DNA of 64,000 nt from Caulobacteraceae bacterium (GTDB taxonomy: Bacteria; Pseudomonadota; Alphaproteobacteria; Caulobacterales; Caulobacteraceae), in contig CANGCO010000007.1 of NCBI GenBank assembly GCA_947452365.1, positions 363 to 64,362 on the forward strand, in the 5' to 3' direction. The notes beneath the pieces were generated by a model, which saw only the letters and a program-made list of their open reading frames with translations, searched no databases and had not been told where the DNA came from. Of the stretch, positions 50,267 through 59,098 are shown piece after piece; position 1 is the first letter of the stretch, and each line of letters starts with the position of its first letter. The position numbers and the translations under genes were made by a program.

Positions 50267-51039
50267 CGCACACTGGTCATCAGGGCCGCGCGTTCGCCCT
50301 CGGTCAAATGGCGCCAATGGCCTTCTGGCAGATCGCCGATCGTCAGGGTGCCGATCCGGATACGCATCAGATCGACCACTTCCAGATCGACCAGTTCGCA
50401 CATGCGCCGGATTTGGCGGTTGCGGCCTTCGCTCAAGGTAAAGCTCAGCATCTGCTCGCCGCAAATATGCACCTTTGCTGGGCGCAATTGGCGGCCGTCC
50501 AGCATCAGGCCATAGCGCAGCATGGTGATTTTGCGGTCGGTGATCACGCCTTCGACCAAGACCCTATATTCCTTGGTCTGGCGCGAGTCCGGGCCAATGA
50601 TCGCTTTTGCCAGGACGCCGTCCTGCGACAGGATCAAGAGGCCGCGTGAATCCTTATCGAGGCGGCCGAGCGCGGGCAGACTTTCAGTATCATCGGGAAG
50701 GCCAAGGACGTCGAGGTCTTCGAGATGGCCCCAATAGGCGTCGGGGGTGATCAGGCGCGCCGCCGGGACCTGGTCGGGCTCTGGCTGTGCCGAAACAATG
50801 CCGACCGGCTTATGGATGACGATGCTGTAAGGGGCTTGCGACTCCAGATCGTCCATCAGGATCAGGGTCTGGCCGGTCATGATCTTGCGGCCGGGATCTT
50901 GGACAATCTCTCCATCAATCGAGACCAGGCCCTTGGCGATCAGTCCTTCGGCCTCGCGGCGCGAACACACGCCGCTTTGGCCAAGCCAGCGATTAATCCT
51001 TTGGGGTTCTGGGTCGGTATAGGTTTGGGTCCAGGGCAT
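50263..51039 (-). CDS. RsuA/RluB/RluF-family rRNA pseudouridine synthase
   Basis: It has an S4 domain (RINRWLGQSGVCSRREAE.LI..G.V..DGE), the catalytic GRLDKDSRGLL, and RNRQIRRM. Confidence 0.85.
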   Translation of the reverse strand: MPWTQTYTDPEPQRINRWLGQSGVCSRREAEGLIAKGLVSIDGEIVQDPGRKIMTGQTLILMDDLESQAPYSIVIHKPVGIVSAQPEPDQVPAARLITPDAYWGHLEDLDVLGLPDDTESLPALGRLDKDSRGLLILSQDGVLAKAIIGPDSRQTKEYRVLVEGVITDRKITMLRYGLMLDGRQLRPAKVHICGEQMLSFTLSEGRNRQIRRMCELVDLEVVDLMRIRIGTLTIGDLPEGHWRHLTEGERAALMTSVR

Positions 51040-51124
51040 AGATCAGGCAGTCCGTGATTAAGCCCAGTCCATAGCACGCCCAGAACGGGCCTGTCCGAAT
51101 ATAAGCGCGGGCGTCAAAGGCCGA

Positions 51125-51379
51125 TCAAGCCTGCCCCACGCGCGGCTGATGGCTTGTTTCCTGTGACCGCTCTATCGCCAGTTCAAACTCGCGGGCCACC
51201 ATGGAAAACACAGCATGATCCTGGCTGCCACTCGCCGAAAGGGCCCTAGCCTTGTTTGTATCACTTAGGATTTTTGCAGCCGAAACGGGATCTGTGCTCA
51301 TGCAATGGGCTAAGAGTTCCGATACGATAAGCTCCATAGCCGCCAATCGAACGTTATTATCATTGACTATATCGCTCAT
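51125..51379 (-). CDS. hypothetical small protein
   Basis: The ORF has an AT-rich upstream region. No family was recognised and the start is uncertain. Confidence 0.3.
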   Translation of the reverse strand: MSDIVNDNNVRLAAMELIVSELLAHCMSTDPVSAAKILSDTNKARALSASGSQDHAVFSMVAREFELAIERSQETSHQPRVGQA

Positions 51380-51575
51380 GCTCTCGTCCCTCACGCTCGC
51401 GGGGCTGATCGAATGCCTCGACCCACGCACCTAGCGTGTTGATCAAATTTGTACACGATAATATTTTTATCTATTTTAAATTACAATTTTTAAAAATTAT
51501 TATTTGAATTGCAAATCTTCGTCTCGATTGCGTCGAAATACAGCCAGTTTTCCATTGCGGTCTTAACGAATGCGC

Positions 51576-52328
51576 TCAGTCAATCACCCAAGCATCGGCA
51601 ATTTCATCGCCCAATTGGGCCAAGGTTTTTAGGGCGTCGGGATTCATCAGGGTCAGTATGCCGTCGTGAAAATCCAGAACCCGATCCTCTCTGAGCTTTC
51701 GCAACATGCGATTGACATGGATGGCGGTCAGGCCAGTCGCGTCGGCAATTTGAGATTGGGTCAGGGGCAGTCGAATCTTGCTGTCCGCCATGTGTGCCAG
51801 CTTGCGGGTCGCCATTACCGTTAATTCCATCAATAGGTTTGCAATCCGGGTCAAGGCGCTGGTCTGGCCGACAAAGGCTAGGCGGTTCTCGGTAATGAGC
51901 GACTCGCGGCCCATCATCCATACCAGACGGCGATTGAGTTGCGGATGGCTATTGAGCAGAACGGACAGATTGGCAGCTGGCATGGCGCAGACGGTCACCT
52001 CATCAAGGGCCATGGCGCTTTTTCCGTTGGAGACTAGTCCTTCTGGACGAAGTCCAAAAATTGCGCCCTTGGTTAGGAATTGGGAAATCTGTCTTTGACC
52101 GTCCAGCAGATCATGACTTATGGCCACCCAGCCAGAAATGATATTGTACACAAAGGCGTGAGGGTCATGGGCGCCATAGACCATCTTGCCAGGTCCGTAT
52201 GACCGGATCCGATATTGCAACATCTGCAGGTCTCGCAACTCATCCTCTGTCTTCATGGATTGACAAAGACCGAGCGGTCGAGCGGCGCAAAATCGACATA
52301 CCGAGGTTGACGGGGGGCGAGGGGGCAT
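51576..52328 (-). CDS. Fnr-type Crp/Fnr-family regulator (N-terminal C-x2-C-x7-C motif)
   Basis: Cys11, Cys14 and Cys22 (CRFCAARPLGLC) plus a central Cys114 are positioned like the FnrN/FnrL [4Fe-4S] ligands. It has a cNMP-like beta-roll and a C-terminal HTH (TQSQIADATGLTAIHVNRMLRKLRE). Confidence 0.8.
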   Translation of the reverse strand: MPPRPPSTSVCRFCAARPLGLCQSMKTEDELRDLQMLQYRIRSYGPGKMVYGAHDPHAFVYNIISGWVAISHDLLDGQRQISQFLTKGAIFGLRPEGLVSNGKSAMALDEVTVCAMPAANLSVLLNSHPQLNRRLVWMMGRESLITENRLAFVGQTSALTRIANLLMELTVMATRKLAHMADSKIRLPLTQSQIADATGLTAIHVNRMLRKLREDRVLDFHDGILTLMNPDALKTLAQLGDEIADAWVID

Positions 52329-52601
52329 TTTTACCGTGCTTCCAGACTAGGTCCACGCAGTAGATGGCGCGGCCTAGACAGTTAAAATTGAATGTTAGTC
52401 TCGTGTCCGATAGAAAATCTTCGGTCCTTTTACAAATTGGTTATGATAGGTGCTGATATTGTCTTTGAAGCAACGGGTTGGATTGCTATCGATGCTTTAG
52501 GCCGATATTTATTGTAATTTACCCTTTCCAAGACCGGAGATCAGCGCAAGTCCTACCAGATATTTTCATAATTATTAGATATCGTCGTTATGCAGAGGGA
52601 A

Positions 52602-52615
52602 TTGATTTTACTCAA
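52602..52615. promoter_or_regulatory. FNR/FixK-like box TTGATTTTACTCAA
   Basis: It has one mismatch to TTGAT-N4-ATCAA. It overlaps the stop codon of the flavodoxin-like gene and lies about 275 nt upstream of the fnr-like gene start (52328). Confidence 0.4.
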
Positions 52616-53147
52616 GCGCATAATTTAAATTACCAATAACGAGGTTTTTTCTAGATTTTGCCAAAACGGGAAACAGGGTCCGACTGAATTTTGCGATCGG
52701 ATATTGATAGAGATCAGCATCGCATAGGTGCTGGGCCAGGCTGCAACGGCGAAACTGGCTATGCCCGACCAGGCGCTCGACCTCGGCAAAAAAGCCTGTG
52801 CCGTCGGCAATGGTCCAGCCGGTGCAAAACACCCCGACCAGTCGGCTGGCAATGGCCGGATTGGTTAGATATTGGCGCAAGGGGCTTGGCACATGTCCGG
52901 CCCAAACCGGACCGCCAATAATGATATGGTCATAGGGTATTGGGTCCAGCAGGGCATGAATGGGGCACTGGCCGTGGCCAAGCCCCGCCAGATAGGCGCG
53001 GCCAAAGCCTAGCCTTCCGGCATAGCGCCCATCTTCGGTGATCGGATCACAATCGGCGCCAAGCCAGCGGGCCAACGCCTTAGCCAAGCGCTGTGTGGTG
53101 CCGGTTCGTGAATAATAGGCGACTAGAATTTTCACGCCAAACCTCAC
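52608..53147 (-). CDS. flavodoxin-like fold protein
   Basis: The N-terminus KILVAYYSRTGTTQRLAKALA is typical of flavodoxin-like proteins. The start is one of two GTG codons (53147 or 53135). Confidence 0.6.
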   Translation of the reverse strand: MRFGVKILVAYYSRTGTTQRLAKALARWLGADCDPITEDGRYAGRLGFGRAYLAGLGHGQCPIHALLDPIPYDHIIIGGPVWAGHVPSPLRQYLTNPAIASRLVGVFCTGWTIADGTGFFAEVERLVGHSQFRRCSLAQHLCDADLYQYPIAKFSRTLFPVLAKSRKNLVIGNLNYALE

Positions 53148-53247
53148 CTGAAAAAGGGGAGGTTAAGAAACCTAATAACAATAATAATTGATATTTATGT
53201 GGAAATTGGCCAATCGGCGCGATTTTTGGGTCTCTGGGCGTCGTGGA

Positions 53248-53484
53248 CTAGTGCGCGGCGGCTGTGAATGACCGTCTCGCTTCGCATTCCATCATCCGGT
53301 TGAGCCAGCGCCCAAGGCGCGAGCGCCGTGGCCCGCGATCCCTTGCGGCCCAAGCCCGAGACAGGGTCTTGCTGACCAGGACTTGGCCCTGATCGCGATC
53401 GGGTGTCAGGGTCATGGCCTTGCGCGTTAGGGCCGGGGTCTCTTCGAGTAGGCTAAACCCAAAGGCCAAGACATCATTTTGCAT
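53248..53484 (-). CDS. hypothetical small protein
   Basis: This is an ORF only, with no recognisable family. Confidence 0.25.
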   Translation of the reverse strand: MQNDVLAFGFSLLEETPALTRKAMTLTPDRDQGQVLVSKTLSRAWAARDRGPRRSRLGRWLNRMMECEARRSFTAAAH

Positions 53485-53566
53485 CTGCGTAATCCTGAAA
53501 TCAAACCCTTGCGGAGATGGGTTCCGGAGGCAGAGCCCTTATAGTCCCAACGACCCTGTCTAGGGA

Positions 53567-53580
53567 TTGATCTGGATCAT
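53567..53580. promoter_or_regulatory. FNR/FixK-like box TTGATCTGGATCAT
   Basis: It has one mismatch to TTGAT-N4-ATCAA. It lies in the divergent intergenic region, with its left edge 108 nt upstream of the ATG at 53675. Confidence 0.5.
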
Positions 53581-53674
53581 GGGGCCTTTGCATCCGGTGG
53601 ACCATGATGCTCGCAACATGCCCGGGCCGAATTGCCCGCGTGCATCTCGGTTTGGCCGTGAGGTTTGCGTCAAG

Positions 53675-54169
53675 ATGAAGAAGATTTGCTATGTGATCGC
53701 CGATGCGGGCCGGGCGCGGCTTGTTCGACAACGCTTGGAAGATGGGGCCTTTGTCACCTTCGAGATACTCGCGCCCGATTCAGGGATCGGTTTTGGCCGC
53801 CGCGCCTTGCGAACCGGGCATACGGTCAATTTCGCCAGCCATGGTGTCCGGCGTCACCAGATCCAGCCAAAACTTGGCCTAAGATATCGGGCTCTACGCG
53901 CTTTTGCCGTCCAGATCCTTGAGCGGGTCGATGCCTTGCTGAGTGTTGGCGCTTATGATGCGATCGTCTTGATCGCGCCACCGCGAATGTTGCAGGCCTT
54001 TGGTCGCTATATGAACCTGGGCATGCGCACGCGCCTGGTCGGGCAATTGGGCAAGGATCTCTCAAAGACCCCGGACCATGATCTGCAAGAGCACTTATGG
54101 ACGGTCAATTTGTCGGACCTGTCGCGCGGTGCCGGGCGACAATACCATGGCAGTGCAAGGCTGCATTGA
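53675..54169 (+). CDS. host-attachment-protein-like (AtsE family) protein
   Basis: It has N-terminal KICYVIADAGRARLV. Its size and pattern resemble 'host attachment protein' family members often found in FixK/Fnr regulons. The assignment is from memory. Confidence 0.5.
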   Translation: MKKICYVIADAGRARLVRQRLEDGAFVTFEILAPDSGIGFGRRALRTGHTVNFASHGVRRHQIQPKLGLRYRALRAFAVQILERVDALLSVGAYDAIVLIAPPRMLQAFGRYMNLGMRTRLVGQLGKDLSKTPDHDLQEHLWTVNLSDLSRGAGRQYHGSARLH

Positions 54170-54697
54170 GCGCGTAACCGCCTTATTCAGGGTGCTGATG
54201 GCCTGTTCATAATCCGAGCCAAGGCCTGCGGCCAGATGGTTCTGCGCGGCCTGTGCATAGGCGGATGTGGCTATCAGGGTTGGGCTGATCGCATTGACGA
54301 GGGCCACTTGGCCCTTGATGCCCGCGGCAAGCCGCCAGTGATTCGCAAAGCGACGGGCACTGTATGATGGCATAGACAAGACTTGCCCGTCTGATTGCGC
54401 CTCTGGATCGAGCATGCGGCTGAGCACTTCGGTTCTGTTCTGGGTTTGAATTCCATCAAGTCAGCCTAAGCCATTGCTCCTTGCTTGATCTAGATTGGTG
54501 ATCTTGTGCCCGGCTGCATTAGCATAGACCAGACCGTCCGTTAGATCTGTAATTCTGACGGGAGCCGGGCAAAGGGATGCCAGACCCATCCATTGCGCAA
54601 ATGGAGAGTCCAAGAGACCCATCGTTTGAACCAAACCCGTCGCCCTTGCGCCTCTTTCAAAAAATAGACCCGGATAGAAAAACGTAAATAAAAACAA
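54095..54697 (-). pseudogene. possible PAS-like gene interrupted by one in-frame TGA
   Basis: ORFs 54461..54697 and 54095..54427 are in the same frame, separated only by the TGA at 54458-54460 (..ARSNGLG*LDGIQTQ..). The upstream part has a PAS-like start (APVRITDLTDGLVYANAAG). The 3' end overlaps the convergent gene by 75 nt. Confidence 0.25.
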
Positions 54698-54739
54698 AAA
54701 CTAATTTGATTCCGGACGCGGGCTTTGTTGGGTCATAAA

Positions 54740-54753
54740 TTGAGACTTATCAT
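54740..54753. promoter_or_regulatory. FNR/FixK-like box TTGAGACTTATCAT
   Basis: It has two mismatches to the consensus and lies about 45 nt upstream of the minus-strand ORF start at 54697. Confidence 0.35.
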
Positions 54754-54856
54754 TTTTTAAAAAGGTAAATCTACACAAAATTGAAACATTAATTTTTTAT
54801 CGGTCGTGCCTTTAGTGCGTCCTATCGTGCCATTGAAAATACAATTTTATCACAAG

Positions 54857-54870
54857 TTAATCTGCATCAA
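54857..54870. promoter_or_regulatory. FNR/FixK-like box TTAATCTGCATCAA
   Basis: It has one mismatch to the consensus and lies about 90-105 nt upstream of the ATG at 54962 of the FixK-like gene. Confidence 0.5.
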
Positions 54871-54961
54871 TCGAAACTGCCTTGAGGCGTAAGTATAGTT
54901 ACAAATATCGAAATGAAATGAGGTCGGTTAAATGCGACTTCACCATAACGGAGGGCGTCTT

Positions 54962-55693
54962 ATGCAATTTTCTCGCAATCAAGGTGATCGACAGTCCTTA
55001 CACGCAGAGAAATCAACCAATGGGTCACGTCAGGATCTGCGCCGGGGCGAAACCCTTTATGCCGAGGATGATGCGGCCCTCGACTGGTTCGTTGTTGCCA
55101 GTGGCGTATTGCGCACCTGCCGGTATCTGCCCGATGGACACCGTCAGGTAACGGGCTTCTATTTTGCCGGCGATGTGGTTGGTCTAGAAGCGCCGGCTCG
55201 CCGGACCAGTGCCGAGGCCGTTACCGATGTCGCTGTAATGCGCTTTGATCGGGCCGTGCTCGATGGGCGTGATGACACACTTCTAGCGTCGCAAGGCTCG
55301 GCCCGGGAGGTTCTGCTTACGGCCTTGGACGCGGCTGAGGGCCGGATTGAGCTCTTGGGCCTTCGAAGCGCCAGCGAGCGGGTTGCCGGGTTCTTGTTGC
55401 GTATGGATGGCCAGGCCGACGCTGAGGGCTTCATCTATTTACCCATGGGCCGCGCCGATATTGCAGATTATTTGGCCCTGACGGTTGAAACGGTTAGTCG
55501 GACCTTGTCATTGCTGGGTCGGCGCAAGCTTTTGGCCTTTCGCGGTCCGCAAAAGGTTAAGCTGCTGAACCGTGAGACCTTGGAAGATGTCGCTGGTGGC
55601 AAGCCTTGGGTGCCGCATCCGGCCTTTATCCCAGCCATGCCAGTCGGTGTTTATAATCCAAGACTCGATGGCGCAAGCGCTCGTCCGTCCTAG
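54962..55693 (+). CDS. FixK-type Crp/Fnr-family regulator (no N-terminal Cys cluster)
   Basis: It has a cNMP-like domain and the HTH RADIADYLALTVETVSRTLSLLGRRKLL. There are 45 nt between its stop and the downstream OMP gene. Confidence 0.8.
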   Translation: MQFSRNQGDRQSLHAEKSTNGSRQDLRRGETLYAEDDAALDWFVVASGVLRTCRYLPDGHRQVTGFYFAGDVVGLEAPARRTSAEAVTDVAVMRFDRAVLDGRDDTLLASQGSAREVLLTALDAAEGRIELLGLRSASERVAGFLLRMDGQADAEGFIYLPMGRADIADYLALTVETVSRTLSLLGRRKLLAFRGPQKVKLLNRETLEDVAGGKPWVPHPAFIPAMPVGVYNPRLDGASARPS

Positions 55694-55738
55694 GCTCAGC
55701 GGTCCTTATCCGACATCCACCAAACGAGGAGAGGTTCG

Positions 55739-57067
55739 ATGAACCGCGCCAATCTGGCAGCCCTTGCCTGTGCCAGCCTGCCTTTGGGTCTGGTTATCGG
55801 CATGCCCGCTGCCCATGCCCAGGTTCAGGCCCAGGCCGCTCCAAGCCTCGAAGACCGCCTAGCGCGGCTTGAAGCCCAGTTATCAGCGCAAGATCAGAGG
55901 ATTGCTGATCAAAATCTGGAGCTGTTGCAACAGCACCGTCAGATCAAGGCCCAACAAGACCAGTTGGATATCAGCACGTCCGAACTGAGCCATCTTCGCG
56001 TCGAGACCGATCCGACCTTGGCGGGCCTGCAGGGGCGGGGTGAGACAGCCCCAGCCGCCCAGCCTAATTTGAACGCCCCACCGGGCACAGCGCCTCAGGC
56101 GCCTAGTCCCATGCCAGACCAGCCCGTGGGCCAGGCCCCGGCTGCGACGCCCGCACCGCCACCAATGGCCGCCATCCCGCCCGAAGCGACGGTCTTGACG
56201 CCTGTGCACCACCTGACCCTCGAGCCATCGGCCGATTATACCTATTCGGGTTCTAATATTTTGGTGTTTCGCGGCGTAGAGATTGTGCCCGGCGTTCAGC
56301 TTGGCGTAATTGAGGCCAGCAATACGTTAAGGGCGGCGGAATCGGTGGCCTTGACGGCGCGATATGGCCTGTTTCGGCGCCTAGAGGTCGAGGCGCGTGT
56401 TCCTTATGTCTGGCGTGCGGACCGCATTGGTGTGGTGCAACAGCGCGATGCTCAGGTCCGGCGTGAAATCTCGCTTGCTGACCAAGATTTTGGCGATATT
56501 GAGCTTGCGGCGCGCTATCAAATCAATCGTCTGCGCCCAGACTATCCGGTGTTTATCGCCGGCTTGCGGGTCAAGAGCGATACGGGCACCAGTCCGTTCA
56601 CCATCGCGCGCGATAGTTTCGGCGTCGCCGAGCACCTGGCTACGGGCTCAGGCTATTGGACGGCTGAGCCTAGCCTGACCATGATCTATCCCACCGATCC
56701 GGCCGTGTTCTTTATCACGGCCAGCGCCTTGGGCGGCCTAACCACCAAGATCAATCAAACCATAGACGGGGTCTTTCTGCATAAGGTGATTCCGGGCGGT
56801 TCAATGTCCTTGAGCCTTGGCTATGGCTTTGCAGTCAATCAACGGTTTTCATACTCGGTGGCCTATCGCCATAGCTATCTGATGCCGACGGTTTTGAGGA
56901 TCGGCACGGCTGAGGTGAAGTCCAAGAGTGTTCAAATCGGCGGCATTGCGTTGGGCGTATCCTATCGGTTGTCCGACCGGATCTCGATTAGCTCGGCCTT
57001 TCAGTTCGGCACCACGCCCGATGCGCCGGATACCAGTATTAGCTTTCGGGTCCCCATTGCCTTCTAG
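55739..57067 (+). CDS. outer-membrane protein: signal peptide, coiled coil, Pro/Ala linker and beta-barrel (FapF-like architecture)
   Basis: The RBS is GAGGAGAGG. The signal peptide ends ..MPAAHA/QVQ. A heptad-like segment (LEDRLARLEAQLSAQDQRIADQNLELLQQHRQIKAQQDQLD) is followed by a P/A-rich stretch (APPGTAPQAPSPMPDQPVGQAPAATPAPPPMAAIPP). About 280 aa of alternating beta-strand sequence then end in ..FRVPIAF. Confidence 0.6.
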   Translation: MNRANLAALACASLPLGLVIGMPAAHAQVQAQAAPSLEDRLARLEAQLSAQDQRIADQNLELLQQHRQIKAQQDQLDISTSELSHLRVETDPTLAGLQGRGETAPAAQPNLNAPPGTAPQAPSPMPDQPVGQAPAATPAPPPMAAIPPEATVLTPVHHLTLEPSADYTYSGSNILVFRGVEIVPGVQLGVIEASNTLRAAESVALTARYGLFRRLEVEARVPYVWRADRIGVVQQRDAQVRREISLADQDFGDIELAARYQINRLRPDYPVFIAGLRVKSDTGTSPFTIARDSFGVAEHLATGSGYWTAEPSLTMIYPTDPAVFFITASALGGLTTKINQTIDGVFLHKVIPGGSMSLSLGYGFAVNQRFSYSVAYRHSYLMPTVLRIGTAEVKSKSVQIGGIALGVSYRLSDRISISSAFQFGTTPDAPDTSISFRVPIAF

Positions 57068-57192
57068 GGTGATGATCCGAGGCGGTCCGGCCGTCCCCGC
57101 CCCTTTGCGCCGGTCCTGATGCTTAACCCGTCTCTCTGCCCCCTTGAGAGGCAGGTTAAGCACTTCATCGCGTGCACCGCATAACAGCAAAA

Positions 57193-57224
57193 TTGCCGCC
57201 GGGCGCCTTGTTTACCGGGCGGCA
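57193..57224. terminator. bidirectional stem-loop terminator between the convergent OMP gene and the fibre operon
   Basis: AAAA-TTGCCGCCGGG-cgccttgttta-CCGGGCGGCAA-AA forms a GC-rich stem. Only the bottom strand has a U-tract after the stem (for the minus-strand operon). On the top strand the stem is followed by AAAACC, so termination of the OMP gene is less clear. Confidence 0.5.
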
Positions 57225-57244
57225 AAACCATGAATGGCGCGGCT

Positions 57245-57817
57245 CTATTGCGCTGTGATCGCGGCCTGGGTGATGTCGCGGTTTAGGGCGGCGACCAATT
57301 GGCCTTGGCCCGTGGTGGCCGCGAAATTGGCCGCATCGGGCAGGGTTATGTTCAAGGCCAGATCTTGACGAATGGTTTGACCGTCGGCGGTATTGAGCAG
57401 CACATTTTGCAGCCCGCCATTGACCGCCTGTTGTATCAGCACGGTCTGGCCGTTGCCCCCGACATAGAGCCCAGTGCCCGTGCTCAGCAAGGCGCTGTTG
57501 GATTCAGACAGCATGGACTGGATATTGCTCATCTGGGTCAAGACCAGGTCACCATAGGCCGTCTGCTCGACCTGTTTGCCGGTAGGGGTCCAGGTCATGG
57601 TGGTTTCAAGCGCGAGCTGACCATCAATAAAGGTCTGCATCTTGGCGGCGAAATTAAAGGCAATCCCGTCGGCGACCAAAAAGCCGCCACGCTGATCGGC
57701 CAGGGTCGTCTCGTCCGCGGCCTCAAACTGGCTCCAGTCATCGGCGTACCCCTGCATGGGCAACAGAACTAGGGCTGTGGTCAGGACCAGTTGAGCAATC
57801 AGGGCTCTAGGTTTCAT
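57245..57817 (-). CDS. secreted protein P3 (position of FapE in a Fap-like operon)
   Basis: The ATG at 57817 has an AGGAG RBS that overlaps the upstream stop. The signal peptide is MKPRALIAQLVLTTALVLLPMQGYA/DD. The C-terminal part has the motif GGLQNVLLNTADGQTIRQDLALNITL. Confidence 0.5.
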   Translation of the reverse strand: MKPRALIAQLVLTTALVLLPMQGYADDWSQFEAADETTLADQRGGFLVADGIAFNFAAKMQTFIDGQLALETTMTWTPTGKQVEQTAYGDLVLTQMSNIQSMLSESNSALLSTGTGLYVGGNGQTVLIQQAVNGGLQNVLLNTADGQTIRQDLALNITLPDAANFAATTGQGQLVAALNRDITQAAITAQ

Positions 57818-57828
57818 GGCGTTCGCTC

Positions 57829-58599
57829 CTAGGGGGCCGGCAATTCGACATTGCGCACTGGCGTGATCTGGTAATAGGGCGGCAGGTTCATGGGCGTGTC
57901 TGTGATGGGCGGTGCAGCCTCGGTCAGGCTGGCCTGAAGCGGCGCCGTCGACCAAGGGCTCCATTCGCCTGCATCATTAAAACGGGGCTTGCGCTTAAGA
58001 TCTGGGGTCTCGCGAATGACAAACACAATGCCATTCCAGAGCTTTTCAAACACGGGCCGTTTGATGATCAAGAGACCCAAGGCGGGGTCGCCGACCAGGA
58101 CCTTGTCGGGGTGAATGCCCTTGACCACGACAAAATGTTTATATTGGCCAATGGTCAAAAGCACGATGGCCGGGGTCTGCATCCGCTCTAACTGGTCCAG
58201 GCTGATGCGAAAACCGTCGGCCCGGTAGCCCATGGCCTGCAGATAGGCGCGCATATCGAGCATGGAAAACCCGACCCTTTGGATGGCATTATGGTCGCCA
58301 ATCTTCCACATCCAAGCAAAGGCGTCGCTTTCGCGGGTCGGACGGCCATAATGATATTGCAGCAGGGTCGCAAGAGCCGCTGAGCCGCAGCTATAATCAT
58401 ATTGCTGGCGCACCACACTGCGAAACGGAATGTCCCGCCAGGTCATGATCGGCAGATTATAGACCGCCACATCGGCGCCATTGCGCATGGCCATAATTGG
58501 CTTGTCCGCGGCGCTGGCTAGGGGGCCCAAGGCGACAGACACTAGGCCAAGCATGGCCGCCAAGCGCATGGGTCGGCGGGAAGGGCGCATGGGCTGCAT
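57829..58599 (-). CDS. periplasmic C39-like cysteine peptidase (FapD-like)
   Basis: It has a signal peptide (..LGPLASA/AD), a Gln/Cys motif (VVRQQYDYSCGSAALATLLQY) and a His/Asp motif (YKHFVVVKGIHPDKVLVGDPALG). No ABC transporter domain is attached. Confidence 0.75.
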   Translation of the reverse strand: MQPMRPSRRPMRLAAMLGLVSVALGPLASAADKPIMAMRNGADVAVYNLPIMTWRDIPFRSVVRQQYDYSCGSAALATLLQYHYGRPTRESDAFAWMWKIGDHNAIQRVGFSMLDMRAYLQAMGYRADGFRISLDQLERMQTPAIVLLTIGQYKHFVVVKGIHPDKVLVGDPALGLLIIKRPVFEKLWNGIVFVIRETPDLKRKPRFNDAGEWSPWSTAPLQASLTEAAPPITDTPMNLPPYYQITPVRNVELPAP

Positions 58600-58612
58600 C
58601 GGTCTTGCCCCC

Positions 58613-59020
58613 TTAGGGTGCGGGCGTCATGGAGACGGGCACGCCCATAATGATGTTCACCGTGACACTGCCCTGCAGATTATTATTGTGCCCGGTATTG
58701 AACACATAATTGCCCACGCCCGTGGCCTGGGACAGGACCTGGCCCGACAGGGTGATGGCCCCAGACGATACGGAGTCGGCATTGATCGAATTGCCGCTAT
58801 TATTTGCGGTCAAGATCTGCAGCGAGATTGGCTTTGGATCCGACGGCTCGGCACCGCCCGACAGGTCGGCCAAGGCCTCTGGGCTCAAGGCGGGCGACAC
58901 TTCGCTAGAGGCGGCGGCTTGAACCGGGATGGGCTGGTCAAGGCCTGAGCCGCATTCGGGCGCTAGGGGGCTGGACCCGGCAAGCACGGCAAACGCGAGA
59001 ATGGACAGATGAACGGCCAT
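58613..59020 (-). CDS. secreted protein P2 (small N/S/G-rich subunit-like protein)
   Basis: The ATG at 59020 is preceded by AGGAGG. It has a hydrophobic leader. Its C-terminal motif is ATGVGNYVFNTGHNNNLQGSVTVNIIM. Confidence 0.5.
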   Translation of the reverse strand: MAVHLSILAFAVLAGSSPLAPECGSGLDQPIPVQAAASSEVSPALSPEALADLSGGAEPSDPKPISLQILTANNSGNSINADSVSSGAITLSGQVLSQATGVGNYVFNTGHNNNLQGSVTVNIIMGVPVSMTPAP

Positions 59021-59098
59021 GATGGCCTCCTCTTGTATCGAGATGAGAAAGCCGGACCGGGGCATGGGGGTACCCCGGTCCGGCCGCTGCTCAGACTT

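Noticed and set aside
51443-51520. FNR boxes at TTGATCAAATTTGTACA and TTGAATTGCAAATC upstream of the 51125..51379 ORF
   Set aside because: The second half-sites do not match ATCAA. These look like chance partial matches in AT-rich DNA.
53185-53205. FNR box TTGATATTTATGTG upstream of the flavodoxin-like gene
   Set aside because: The right half-site (ATGTG) is poor, so only one half-site is convincing.
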